Shown here one piece after another: positions 41,556-51,584 of a DNA stretch of 64,000 bases. The first letter of the stretch is position 1. The number at the start of each line of letters is the position of its first letter. Origin of the DNA: a bacterium (GTDB taxonomy: Bacteria > SAR324 > NAC60-12); contig CBDBHR010000030.1 of the NCBI GenBank assembly GCA_965205865.1, positions 992,001 through 1,056,000 on the forward strand, written 5' to 3'. The notes below the pieces were generated by a model that saw only the letters and a list, made by a program, of their open reading frames with translations, made no database searches and had not been told where the DNA came from. Position numbers and translations under genes: made by a program.

Positions 41556-42413
41556 ATGGAAATAACCACGGATATATATCTTGGCGACAGCAAAGAGCAA
41601 TTAAAACTGCTCAAAGATAATTCAGTTGATCTGATAGTCACTTCCCCACCCTATGCCGATCAACGTAGAGGTACATACGGTGGTATTCATGCTGATGATT
41701 ACGTTGAATGGTTTTTACCCATCTCCGAGCAACTATTACGCGTTTTGAAGTCTTCAGGAACCTTCATACTGAATATCAAAGAAAAAGCGATGAAAGGAGA
41801 ACGTTGTACTTATGTGATCGAACTGATTTTGGAAATGCGAAAACAAGGCTGGTTTTGGACGGAAGAATTTATATGGCATAAGAAAAATTGTTACCCTGGA
41901 AAGTGGCCTAATCGCTTTCGTGACGCATGGGAAAGACTGCTTCAATTCAACAAAAATCGCAAATTTTACATGTACCAGGAAGAAGTTATGGTTCCGGTAG
42001 GTGAATGGGCAACCACACGATTAAGGAACCTTTCCGAAACCGATAAAACCCGTGATGATTCAAAAGTTGGAAGTGGATTTGGTAAAAATGTTTCAAACTG
42101 GCTGCACCGGGATAAAACTTATCCAACGAATGTTTTGCACCTGGCCACTGAATGCAATAACAAAAATCACAGCGCCGCCTTTCCTGAAGCCTTACCGGAG
42201 TGGTTTATCAAATTATTTACGAAAGAAAGAGATCTGGTACTCGATCCCTTTATGGGGTCTGGAACTACTTTGTTTGTGGCAAACCGAATGAAACGGAACT
42301 CCGTCGGTATCGACGTGGTTCCTGAGTACTGTGAGATGGTTAGAAAAAGATTAAGACCCGTAGAATTATATCTATTGGAACCAACAGCAGAATATGAAAA
42401 AGCTCAACCTTGA
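41556..42413 (+). CDS. Beta-class amino-DNA methyltransferase (SPPY, probably m4C)
   Basis: Motif IV TSPPY precedes motif I DPFMGSG. Confidence 0.92.
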   Translation: MEITTDIYLGDSKEQLKLLKDNSVDLIVTSPPYADQRRGTYGGIHADDYVEWFLPISEQLLRVLKSSGTFILNIKEKAMKGERCTYVIELILEMRKQGWFWTEEFIWHKKNCYPGKWPNRFRDAWERLLQFNKNRKFYMYQEEVMVPVGEWATTRLRNLSETDKTRDDSKVGSGFGKNVSNWLHRDKTYPTNVLHLATECNNKNHSAAFPEALPEWFIKLFTKERDLVLDPFMGSGTTLFVANRMKRNSVGIDVVPEYCEMVRKRLRPVELYLLEPTAEYEKAQP

Positions 42414-43218
42414 AGATGTATTAAAATACGTTGAGGAAAATATTGTTTTTTTTCATACAAAACGAATTCAAAACCTTGACAAATTAAAGCTGTCAAAAGT
42501 TCTCAATCGAAAGAATCCTTATCTTTTCAAAGCGAAAAATGTGTTGACTGCCGAACAGATTGTAAGAGGATTGACGGACGCGCATATCTCATCGAATGAA
42601 GAAACTATTTTTGGTGATTGGCTGGAAGGGCTCGCCATTTTCATCAATAGAAAGGTTTACAATGGGTATAAGTCGGGTATCAGAGGTATTGATCTTGAAT
42701 TCGACAGCAACAATACCAGATATATCGTTACCATTAAATCAGGACCAAATTGGGGTAACAGCTCGCAACTGGCCAAAATGGTCTCGGATTTCAGAACTGC
42801 GAAAAAAGTCCTGAGAACCAGTAATTCAAACTTGAATATAATTGCTATAAACGGTTGTTGCTATGGGAGGGACAACAAACCGGATAAAGGAGATTATTTC
42901 AAATATTGTGGTCAACGATTCTGGGAGTTTATCTCCGGAGATAGTGAACTGTTCAAGGGAATCATTCAATCACTTGGACACAAAGCCAAGGAAAAAAATG
43001 ATGTTTTTATAGAAGCATATTCAAATATGCTCAATAAATTCACAAGAGAATTTGCAGAGACGTTTTGTAAAGATGATGGAAAGATTGATTGGGATAAATT
43101 AGTCCGCTACAACTCCGCAAAGCACTATTTTGACACTCTTATCTCCCTCCGACGACCTGATTTCTTAGGCGTATTGTCCAAGTATTCCGTACAGACGTAT
43201 CCGGTTTTCCTTTCATAA
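42394..43218 (+). CDS. Type II restriction endonuclease (EcoO109I/PmeII-like)
   Basis: KNPYLF, EETIFGDWLE, GIDLEF...IKSGPNWGNSSQ, CGQRFWEF; overlaps the methyltransferase. Confidence 0.8.
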   Translation: MKKLNLEDVLKYVEENIVFFHTKRIQNLDKLKLSKVLNRKNPYLFKAKNVLTAEQIVRGLTDAHISSNEETIFGDWLEGLAIFINRKVYNGYKSGIRGIDLEFDSNNTRYIVTIKSGPNWGNSSQLAKMVSDFRTAKKVLRTSNSNLNIIAINGCCYGRDNKPDKGDYFKYCGQRFWEFISGDSELFKGIIQSLGHKAKEKNDVFIEAYSNMLNKFTREFAETFCKDDGKIDWDKLVRYNSAKHYFDTLISLRRPDFLGVLSKYSVQTYPVFLS

Positions 43219-43500
43219 GATAATTCTGCCGTTCTTGTCGTGGTAGCCGTCGCAGGCGAAGGAAGAGGGCTACGAAGTAGTCGGTCGTAAAGTCGATCAG
43301 GTTGGTTTAACCGCCAAAGTGCTGGAGTTGGGTCAGGATTTCAAATTCGTCGGTTTCGTGAGTATACTTTTTAGCCTCGTTTAAAATTTCTTCTTGGACA
43401 ACCTCTATATCAAAATACTCCGACTCAACGCCATATTCACGGTAGAGGCTCGAGGATACTTTCTCATAGCATTCAGGTTCGCCACGGTAGATGTAATCGA
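43215..43500 (-). pseudogene. Frameshifted FRG-domain fragment, copy of the 5' part of the FRG-TPR gene
   Basis: Nucleotide similarity to about 61330-61610 (YRGEPECYEKVSSSLYREYGVES...). Confidence 0.8.
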
Positions 43501-43558
43501 TGTCGTTGAATAAATAAATGTCGATATAACCTGATACAATCCAAGAATACGGGAAAAG

Positions 43559-43980
43559 TCACTCCAGGGTTCTCAAAACCAAAGTAGATTCTGCGGCCAG
43601 TTCTTGAGCAATCAGTTTTTGCGCGTCTTTTTCCTTGGGCCAGCCGAGAATATCAGCATGTCGGGGAGGGGATTCGTTATTTCTTGTTTGCCAGTCCTGC
43701 AATCCGAAAAACAGAGAGGTCGCAGGAGGAGGAATGAATGCATTGAACTTCACGCATTTGTTTTCCAGGCTGAATGGATTGCTTTGCAGGAGATAGCGGG
43801 CCAATGTTTCAAGCGGTGGTTTATCCGGGGGGTGGCATGCTGAAAATTCCGGGAACAAACTCTACGAATATTCTTTAAAATGGTTTGGGGCAGTGCTTTG
43901 CCAAAATGTTTCGTACCGTGTATTTTATTGCTTCCAAACAGCCCGGCATAAACCATGGTTTTGTTTCTCGAGATGGATAT
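43559..43980 (-). pseudogene. Relics of two small conserved hypothetical genes
   Basis: MVYAGLFG...HGT tail (as near 44600 and 53100) followed by PPRHADILGWPKEKDAQKLIAQELA. Confidence 0.5.
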
Positions 43981-44219
43981 CATCCCATCAGTTTTTGTGC
44001 GGTAAAACTGATCGCAATGGCAATACCAATATTGCTGGTGACCAGTCCGACTCCCCATTTCAACATACCATTTTCTAAGCGTCCCATTTCACGCATTATT
44101 TCCGTTCTGAGATTAGCAATATCTTCCTTGGTTGCCATCTGTTCTATAATTGTTTCCAACCGGATTAAGCGATTTTCCATGTATCCACCTCCATAATCTC
44201 TCTTAATATCAGTCATCAC
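43980..44219 (-). CDS. Small coiled-coil protein with C-terminal TM segment (DUF1640-like)
   Basis: ATKEDIANLRTEI followed by a hydrophobic tail. Confidence 0.55.
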   Translation of the reverse strand: MMTDIKRDYGGGYMENRLIRLETIIEQMATKEDIANLRTEIMREMGRLENGMLKWGVGLVTSNIGIAIAISFTAQKLMG

Positions 44220-44459
44220 ATTCTTTTTTGCTACCTCTGTAATGCTCTTTTAATTTTATTTATTAGATCACATTCTTTACTTGACAAATTTTCTGAAACA
44301 GAAATTCCACCTGATGATGTAATGAGTCACCAAATTATACACCAACATGAAGCATAATTGGAATAGTTTTTATTAAAGATATCAAAAGGAATTTTTCTAT
44401 TCAGTCCCTGACGAGTTCGTATGAATCAATCCAAATCACTTTCCAAAACTCATGGAATA

Positions 44460-44845
44460 ACTATCCAAAGGGTGACATGCTGAGAATTGTGGGAATAAAC
44501 TCTGTGAATATTTTCTAAAATGATTTGGGGCAGTTCTTCGCCAAAGCATTCGGTACCATGTGTTTTTTGGTTTCCAAAAAGACCGGCATAGACCATTGTT
44601 CCGTCTGTCTCAAAACTCACGGAAAATACCCGGCGAGGTTGTTAGTACCATTCAAATGCGACCATGCCATCAGGTTCCACGGCAACTTCCGGTGCCGGAA
44701 CCGTACTGGGTAGCATATCAAGAAATCTCAGCGATTCGTCACAAGATTTCCTATCTATTCTTGTAGCGCCATAACCATCCCAATCGTCCTCACCGCATTC
44801 TGCGATGGCATTCCTTAAAGCCCTGAGTGTTTCCCTGTTCATCAC
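44460..44845 (-). pseudogene. DDWDGYGA-motif hypothetical gene with a premature TAA
   Basis: After FEWY, TAA at 44642-44644 (AAA in the 53 kb copy); the frame continues QPRRVFSVSFETDGTMVYAGLFG. Confidence 0.7.
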
Positions 44846-44847
44846 TT

Positions 44848-45075
44848 CTATCCCCCCAATATGGTTGCGAGGTCTGGTGGCAGTTTGATCCCGTTTTTCT
44901 GCTCGAAGTCTTTCACGCTTTCGTAGTCGTTATGAAAGGCGGTGATGATGTCCAACCCTCTCTCGCTGGCAGCAGTCAGATCGGACCTTGCTTTTTCCCA
45001 TTCTTTCAGATGTAAGCAGGCCTTGCCACGATTGTTATAAACCATGGTATAGTTTGGGTTCAGTGCTATAGCCTT
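44848..45075 (-). pseudogene. C-terminal remnant of an FRG-TPR-type gene
   Basis: EWEKARSDLTAA...NDYESVKDFEQKNGIKLPPD matches 59020-59200. Confidence 0.8.
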
Positions 45076-45239
45076 TCAAGATGGCATGGTCATACTCTCC
45101 CTAATGGAGGTAAGCATACAAGACACCATTGAACTTACTTACAGCATGAGATACCACAATGCTATGCATTTCATTTTGAAAAAAATCCCGTTTGTGGAGT
45201 GGACATTCGCTTTTTGAGGAAACGGTCAATTCCGACTTG

Positions 45240-46247
45240 TCACAAATTTGCTACTTGCGCGATTTTTTCAGCCAGAACCTTGAAATCCTTATACGAGTCG
45301 CGGGCAGCTGCAGCGTGGGCGCCTATGGCTCCGTCGGCAGTAGTGAGTTGAAAAACGGGCTTGTGCGCTTCCTGGGCCATTGGCACCAGACTCCGGTAGC
45401 GCTTGACGGTGGCGAGGGCAAAATTTTCATCTTCCGCCGGTGTCTGGGGATAGGGTCCTTCGTTGTTGCCCATCAGGTTCCGGGAATATTCTTCCGGCAT
45501 TCGATTCACCCACTTGTCATAAGCCCTGACAGGGCGGTCCAGGCGCAAGCCATGTTGTTGTACTACGTAACCGACGGGTCGCATGCCTCCGTTTGGCAGT
45601 GAAAACCCGGGTTGTGCCCAATTGTCCTTCCGTTGATTCCACTCCTTTCTCCATCGAACCAGAGTCGGGCCAAGATTGCGCAGCCCCTGCAGTGAAAACA
45701 GGTCTGCCCCCAGCGGAACGATAATGTAATCGGTCGCAATCAACGCTGAACGGTTGATAGCCCCCAAATTCGGGCCCACGTCGACCAGGATGACGGAGGC
45801 ATTCATGCGACGCGCTCCTTCTTGCATGATGGTCGAAAACGCTGTCAAAATACGGAAAGGACGGTACAGGTGACTGGAACCCAATGCGTTGGGCCATTCC
45901 GACGACAAGGCATCTTCAAATCCGGCCAGCGTCAGGTCTCCCGGTATCAGGTTCAGTGTGGGCGTGATTTTCACCAGCGTTGGGTCTTTGATGTCACCAA
46001 CTGCCAGCAACGGTTGAATACACTGCATGATGGTTTTAGTAGACGTTCGCGCAGCCCTGCCTTCATCCCACAACTGTTCCAACTGCCCTTCGTCAAGAAA
46101 TGCGGCGGTGAGATTCGCCTGCGGGTCAAGGTCACAGGCAAGCACCCGATAATCGATTTCCGAAAACATCCACGCCAGATGGTAGACCAGCGACGTTTTG
46201 CCAACACCGCTTTTGTTGTTGAAAAAAGTTAAAACGGGGATCGTCAT
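45240..46247 (-). CDS. Orphan ParA/Soj-family ATPase
   Basis: FNNKSGVGKTS, CDLDPQANL, LVDVGPNLG; no parB nearby. Confidence 0.88.
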   Translation of the reverse strand: MTIPVLTFFNNKSGVGKTSLVYHLAWMFSEIDYRVLACDLDPQANLTAAFLDEGQLEQLWDEGRAARTSTKTIMQCIQPLLAVGDIKDPTLVKITPTLNLIPGDLTLAGFEDALSSEWPNALGSSHLYRPFRILTAFSTIMQEGARRMNASVILVDVGPNLGAINRSALIATDYIIVPLGADLFSLQGLRNLGPTLVRWRKEWNQRKDNWAQPGFSLPNGGMRPVGYVVQQHGLRLDRPVRAYDKWVNRMPEEYSRNLMGNNEGPYPQTPAEDENFALATVKRYRSLVPMAQEAHKPVFQLTTADGAIGAHAAAARDSYKDFKVLAEKIAQVANL

Positions 46248-46266
46248 GGTCTTCCTCTTCCGGTTT

Positions 46267-47472
46267 TCACGCCGATTTTATCGTTACCTGTACGTGATTG
46301 TCGTGAACTTTAAATTCCGGTTCCGGATGACCTGCCGCATTCAACTGCTTTCTGGCTATTGGTATCCCCATGCCATAATGCTGTACATAACCGAGGGTTC
46401 TCATCGCTTCAGCCAGATTAGGGTTGCGATAATCGGTAAATCCGGGCTGGCCGAAATTCTCAGCCGTTACCGTCCCGAAGGCGCTGCCGGGACTTAAAAC
46501 TTCGATGCGGTCGTTGAACCAGGACAGATGAACCGGCGCATTGGTTGCTTCGTAGGTTCTATGCATAATAGCATTCCGGATGATCTGTTGCAACGCCGGG
46601 ATGGGATAGAGTACTGTTCGCTGTTCGACTGCGCTGGCAGTAAAATTGACTGCGATTCGATTGTGGGCCCTCAGTTTATCGTCCGGACGGCGAAGCAGGT
46701 CCGGAATGGCACCGCCAATATCCTCGCTGTCCGGAATATCATCCGTTAGCTCGCTGCCATCAATTCTGAGGAATTGCAGATAGGCGCCGGGTACAAAATC
46801 CTGTGGGTTCTTTCCAATAGTGAGGATGCCCAGGATGGTGGCAACAGGCTGGTCGGCGGCAACGATCATTTTCGTTGTGGCCAACTGCTCCTCCCGGTTG
46901 CGGTCGTTTGCGATCCGTACCTCTTCAGAAAATGCCTGCGCCAGGTATTCGTTCTCAAACTGAGTCAGGTTCAGGTCTGGCACGCCAGCAGTAGGGACCG
47001 GCTGGACATCGAAGGGGCGGTCGCCGTGCCGACGTTTTTCGTTGAGAATCCTTTCATCCTGTGCCGTAGCGATGGAGCGGCGCGGGCCGGTACGGATATG
47101 AATAGCGCCTTTGCAGCGAACCGGCGGAGAGTTGGATGGCTGCACGGTAACCACCGCCACCTCCTTACCGCTCAGTGTGTATTTTTCTACCGTCAGCGAT
47201 GGCGGCGGCACGATATTGCCGTCAGTTTTCATATCGGCCAACTGCTGGAGCAATTGGTTCGTGACCAAAAGGTTGCCGATCGTTCTATCATCCTTCACCC
47301 CCACAAAAACCAGACCGGGCTTTTCATGGTTGGGCAAATCGTTGGCAAAGGCGCAGATGGCCTCCCTGATTCTTGTGGGAGCGTCACCGGACAATGACTC
47401 CTTGAACTCGACGCAGTCGGATTCACCGTCTCTGATTATTTGTAACAGTTCCTTATTCGTAAAATCTGGCAT
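46267..47472 (-). CDS. Schlafen/AlbA_2 plus HATPase-like (RecG C-terminal type) protein
   Basis: ESDCVEFKES, CAFAND, VGVKDD; NAIMHRTY, RIEVLSPG, YRNPNLAE; start MPDFTN at 47472. Confidence 0.82.
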   Translation of the reverse strand: MPDFTNKELLQIIRDGESDCVEFKESLSGDAPTRIREAICAFANDLPNHEKPGLVFVGVKDDRTIGNLLVTNQLLQQLADMKTDGNIVPPPSLTVEKYTLSGKEVAVVTVQPSNSPPVRCKGAIHIRTGPRRSIATAQDERILNEKRRHGDRPFDVQPVPTAGVPDLNLTQFENEYLAQAFSEEVRIANDRNREEQLATTKMIVAADQPVATILGILTIGKNPQDFVPGAYLQFLRIDGSELTDDIPDSEDIGGAIPDLLRRPDDKLRAHNRIAVNFTASAVEQRTVLYPIPALQQIIRNAIMHRTYEATNAPVHLSWFNDRIEVLSPGSAFGTVTAENFGQPGFTDYRNPNLAEAMRTLGYVQHYGMGIPIARKQLNAAGHPEPEFKVHDNHVQVTIKSA

Positions 47473-47477
47473 GGCGA

Positions 47478-48260
47478 TTATCCGTCGACCAGGAGAGGCA
47501 ACTGCAGGCCGACCAGGGTCACGATCGGGATGAGGGCATTTTTGATGGTGTGCCGGATCACTACGACCCGCTCCCGGAGCCCCTTGGACCAGGCCGTTCG
47601 GATGTAATCCTGCCGCAACACCTCCAGCATCATCGTGCGCGTCATGCGCATGGTGGCCGCCGACATGGCCGTCCCCAGAATCAGGCTGGGAATGAAGAAC
47701 ACCGCGAGATTGCCCAGCGGGTCTTCGGAGAAAGGAATCAGCTCCGTCGGGGGCGACCAGCCCCACCAGATGGCCGGGAAGATAATGACCATCAGGGCCA
47801 GCCAGAAGTTAGGCGTGGCCAAGCCGATGATGGCCAGGGTGCGCCCCGCGTAGTCGGCGGCCGTATCCTGGCGTATCGCCGAGTAGATGCCGACGGGCAG
47901 GGCTATCAAGAGCGAGATTACGATTGCCAGGACGCCCAGCTCAATGGTGACCGGCAATCTATCTAATATCTTCTCCTCGATCGCATAACTGCCCAGCAGT
48001 GATTCGCCAAGGGTGCCGTGCAGGAGAATATCTCTGATCCAGCGTCCATACTGGACGTAGACAGGCACGTCCAATCCCAGCATACGCTCAACCGCTTCAC
48101 GGTCAATCTCCTCGCCGCCAGTGCCATACCATTCCATCCTACCCACTATTAAATCCACGACGTCGCCCGGGATGAAGCGCACCGAGAGAAAGACCAGGAT
48201 AGTCAGGATGAACAGGGTGGGGATAAGGAGCAATACCCTTCTGATGATATAGGCTCTCAT
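47478..48260 (-). pseudogene. 3'-truncated OppB-type permease, duplicate of 33091-34056
   Basis: Near-identical until LPLLV, then similarity stops; the last ~60 codons are missing. Confidence 0.88.
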
Positions 48261-48323
48261 GGGAAACCCCCTCCCCTAACCCCTCCCGCCAGGGGAGGGG
48301 AAACAAGGTTTTAACATGGCTTT

Positions 48324-50219
48324 CTAATGCCCCATTTCTTTCTTCAGGTCCTTGTCAATCCAGAGGCGGGTGAAGATGGTGTTAAATTGACCGATTCCCA
48401 AGAAGAGTTCACCGTTATAACCTTTGACCCACGGCTGGTGCACGTTAAACTGTGGGGTTTCGGGACCCCATATTACCCAGTGCCTCTCTATCCCGTACAT
48501 ATCCAACTCCCTGACCATCCTCTGCTGCTCCTCAACGTCGGCAGTGGCCAGGGCGGTTTCAAACAAGGCGTCATATTCCGGGGCAACGATGCCCCGCCAG
48601 TTGCGTGGAGCTTTCGAGTAATACATGCGCATTCTCTCGACAGGTATATACCTGACGCCCGTTGACCAAGCCCAGAAACCTTTATAAGTCCCATCGTTTC
48701 TCATCGGGTTGGCCGCTTGTGAATCCATGAGATTAATCTCTGCCTCGATGCCAATCTCACGCCAGTATGCGGCGGCTAATTCCAGATAGTTCAGGTCGTA
48801 CCGATACGTACTGTTGAGGACGGTTTTGAATCGAATGCCGTCCGAGCCGAGCGGAAACCCAGCCTCATCAAGCAGCTTCCCGGCCCCTTCCGGGTCATAG
48901 GTATAGCCTTTCCTGACCTCCTCGGGCCACTCTGCAAATGGGGTGGTATACCCTTTGATGTCTGCCGCTACCAGCCCGGCAGGTTCCCAGTTTCCATAAC
49001 CCTTAAAGAAGGTACGGTTAATGGTCTCGAGGTCCAGTGCCATCTGCATGGCCTTGCGCACCCTGACGTCGTCAAAGGGCGGCTTATCCACCACGTTAAA
49101 AGTGAAAGCATTATCCGAGCGATACCAATACGGGTGAATCACGAGTTCGGGGTTGGTCTTCTTGAGGCTCTCTATCTGGTCGATAGTCCTGAGTTGAGAG
49201 TCGCCGGGAGTCCCTGCGTAATCAACCTTAGCCGAGCGTAGGGCCGCCACGAATACGGCTGGTTCCGGCATAACCGCGCCCCGCAACTGGTCAATATAGG
49301 GCAGGCGGTTCTCCGGGTATTTTTCGTCAAAGCCCCAGTAGTTGGGATTCTTGTCCCAGGTGATAGAGCTGTCCTCGACGAAGTCAGTCAGCATAAAGGG
49401 CCCGGTGCCGACCAGGTTCCTCCAATCCTTAACGTCGCCGTATTGCTCGAATACCTCGGGGGGGTACATAAAAACATTGAAGTGGTCGACAATAAAGTAC
49501 AGCGCCAGGGGCTGCGGCTCCTTCAGCTTCATCACAACCGTCGAATCGTCGGTAGCCGTGACCGAATCCCACTGATACGTGTGCAGTGGTCCAAACATGG
49601 TGCTATGTTCAGTGTAGCCGCTGCCCAGACCCATCGCGCGGTGAAAGTTATATTCGACGTCCTTAGCCGTAAATGCTCTGCCATTCATGGGGGCCTTATC
49701 ATGCCAGTGAACGCCCTGGCGGATTTTGAAGACATAGGTCAGCGGGTCGGGTTGCGACCAGCTTTCCGCCAGCGCCCCTTTTAAGCCATGGAGAGGAATG
49801 TACGTTGTTTTCCAGTCCACCACGTCCCGATCTATTCCCCAGTCCGCGATGCTGAGCTTCTCCAGCACGCCACTGATGAAGTGGGACGCCCAGCCACCAA
49901 TGAAATAGACGTCCGTATGCTCACCCACCTGCTTGCGCACATAGGTCAATGTCCCGCCATACTCCGGAGCGGTTACCATCTCCCCGGTGGTGGGATCTGT
50001 GACCATCTTTTTCTCAGCCGCCATGGCTGGACTGACCCCGAGGACGGCCACCATCAGGGTCAGGATTAAAATAATCAATAATGATTGGATTGTTCTGATT
50101 TTTCTTTTTTCCATGATTCCTCCGCTTTCGTTTTGATTTGGGTTATGATTCTTTGGACGTTCCATTACTCCTCCTTTATTAGATGCGAATTGATTTTTAT
50201 TGATTTTATCTTTCATCAT
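48324..50219 (-). CDS. Family-5 ABC solute-binding protein, recent paralogue of 34120-36015
   Basis: Same 631-aa ORF length with clustered substitutions. Confidence 0.92.
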   Translation of the reverse strand: MMKDKINKNQFASNKGGVMERPKNHNPNQNESGGIMEKRKIRTIQSLLIILILTLMVAVLGVSPAMAAEKKMVTDPTTGEMVTAPEYGGTLTYVRKQVGEHTDVYFIGGWASHFISGVLEKLSIADWGIDRDVVDWKTTYIPLHGLKGALAESWSQPDPLTYVFKIRQGVHWHDKAPMNGRAFTAKDVEYNFHRAMGLGSGYTEHSTMFGPLHTYQWDSVTATDDSTVVMKLKEPQPLALYFIVDHFNVFMYPPEVFEQYGDVKDWRNLVGTGPFMLTDFVEDSSITWDKNPNYWGFDEKYPENRLPYIDQLRGAVMPEPAVFVAALRSAKVDYAGTPGDSQLRTIDQIESLKKTNPELVIHPYWYRSDNAFTFNVVDKPPFDDVRVRKAMQMALDLETINRTFFKGYGNWEPAGLVAADIKGYTTPFAEWPEEVRKGYTYDPEGAGKLLDEAGFPLGSDGIRFKTVLNSTYRYDLNYLELAAAYWREIGIEAEINLMDSQAANPMRNDGTYKGFWAWSTGVRYIPVERMRMYYSKAPRNWRGIVAPEYDALFETALATADVEEQQRMVRELDMYGIERHWVIWGPETPQFNVHQPWVKGYNGELFLGIGQFNTIFTRLWIDKDLKKEMGH

Positions 50220-50821
50220 TTCTCCTTTTTCAGAAGTGAATTTTTTATTGATTCTACGTCTCGTCTGTCTCCTTTCATAAGAAATGACCGGTAAACCGGT
50301 GCGGTTAAAAAATATTTTGGAGAGAATCCATCGTTTTCACATCATCTCCTTCCCTAAAACAACTAGGCATGATCTTAGCGCAAATATTATGAAGCCTCAA
50401 GCCTCAAATGAAAAAAATGTGGAATTCGCAAAAAAATTTAAAAAATCAATAAATCTGCTCAAATCCGGGGACAGTCAGAAGCCGCTCAGTTCAATAACGT
50501 TGAAAAAAGATTCCCGGGGAGGATCCATCGTTTTAACGTCCTTCCACGATATTGTTTAATCGATCGAGAACCCTCCCACGGTATTGTTTAATCGATCGAG
50601 CGGCAAACCTTTCTTTCACTAAAATAACTTAATGATGGCATGGTTGTAGCAAACTGTACGACGCAATGTCAACCCCCTGATGAAAAATGAATGCGGAATT
50701 CGTAAAAAAAAATAAAAAATCAATAAATCCGCTCAATTCGGGAAATCCGTTCCTTGATGATATGGATAAAGCAAAAGGAGCTATTGGGGAACAAATACGG
50801 AAGATTAAAAAAATTCTTTTA

Positions 50822-50979
50822 GGAACAAACCTTAAATAACCTGTAATTCTTCCAATGGTGTGAGCAAAATTTGGGGACATGTACACCGCTGCGCATCCCA
50901 ACTCTACTGTTATATGCCTGCTGTTACGTGTCCCCTGATTTTGCGTATCCATACTTCTAACTTATTTAAATTTCATTCC
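50822..50979. mobile_element. 158-bp MITE, copy 3
   Basis: Flanked by TTA/TTA. Confidence 0.88.
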
Positions 50980-51417
50980 TTAGCGGTCCATTTTCGGCAT
51001 GAACGAAAAGAGGAGTTCTAAGCTTTTTCCTGGGTTCTGTCATGATGGGGCATGAATGCATTGGACTTTCTACGATCGTTTTCCCTGGCGAATTGATCGT
51101 TTTGAAAAAACTCCGGATTGTTTTTGGGGTCAAGCTTGAAAGTTTGGAAAAGAGGGATTCATTTCTCAACAACTCTTATTTTTCCCTTCAAAATCGGAAA
51201 ATTCACTGGAATCGGCAAGACAAGAGTTCAGTCAGTAGTTGGTCCGTCAAATGATTTCCACCTTAATGAGAAGCAACGGGTTTTAACCAATTTTCGGTTT
51301 TTAGCTCAGGATTGAATTTCTGGAATGTGGGATAGAGTTGGTCGGCACTCACTAAAATACACGATTTTGTGATAGCCGTACTGGCCAGCATGAGGTCGAT
51401 ATTGTGCTTTTTAAGGA

Positions 51418-51550
51418 AATTCAAAATCTTGACAAATTAAAGCTGTCAAAAGTCCTCGAACGAAAGAATCCTTATCTTTTCAAAGCGAAATATGTGTCGA
51501 CTGCCGAACAGATTGTAAGAGGATTGACGGACGCGCATATTTCATCGAAT
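51418..51550 (+). pseudogene. Fragment of the restriction endonuclease gene
   Basis: Matches about 42465-42597 (IQNLDKLKLSKV...DAHISSN). Confidence 0.85.
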
Positions 51551-51584
51551 TTAGTCTAATTTGCAGAGATGGGCTTAGGAGTGC

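Noticed and set aside
46267-47766. 499-aa ORF as listed in the track
   Set aside because: The first ~98 aa are an alternative frame of the truncated permease; the real gene starts at 47472
34120-50219. Diversity-generating retroelement acting on the SBP paralogues
   Set aside because: No reverse transcriptase is present, and differences are spread along the gene and not restricted to adenines
50985-51335. IS remnant ending in GGAATGTGGG
   Set aside because: No convincing transposase peptide or matching second end could be identified by eye
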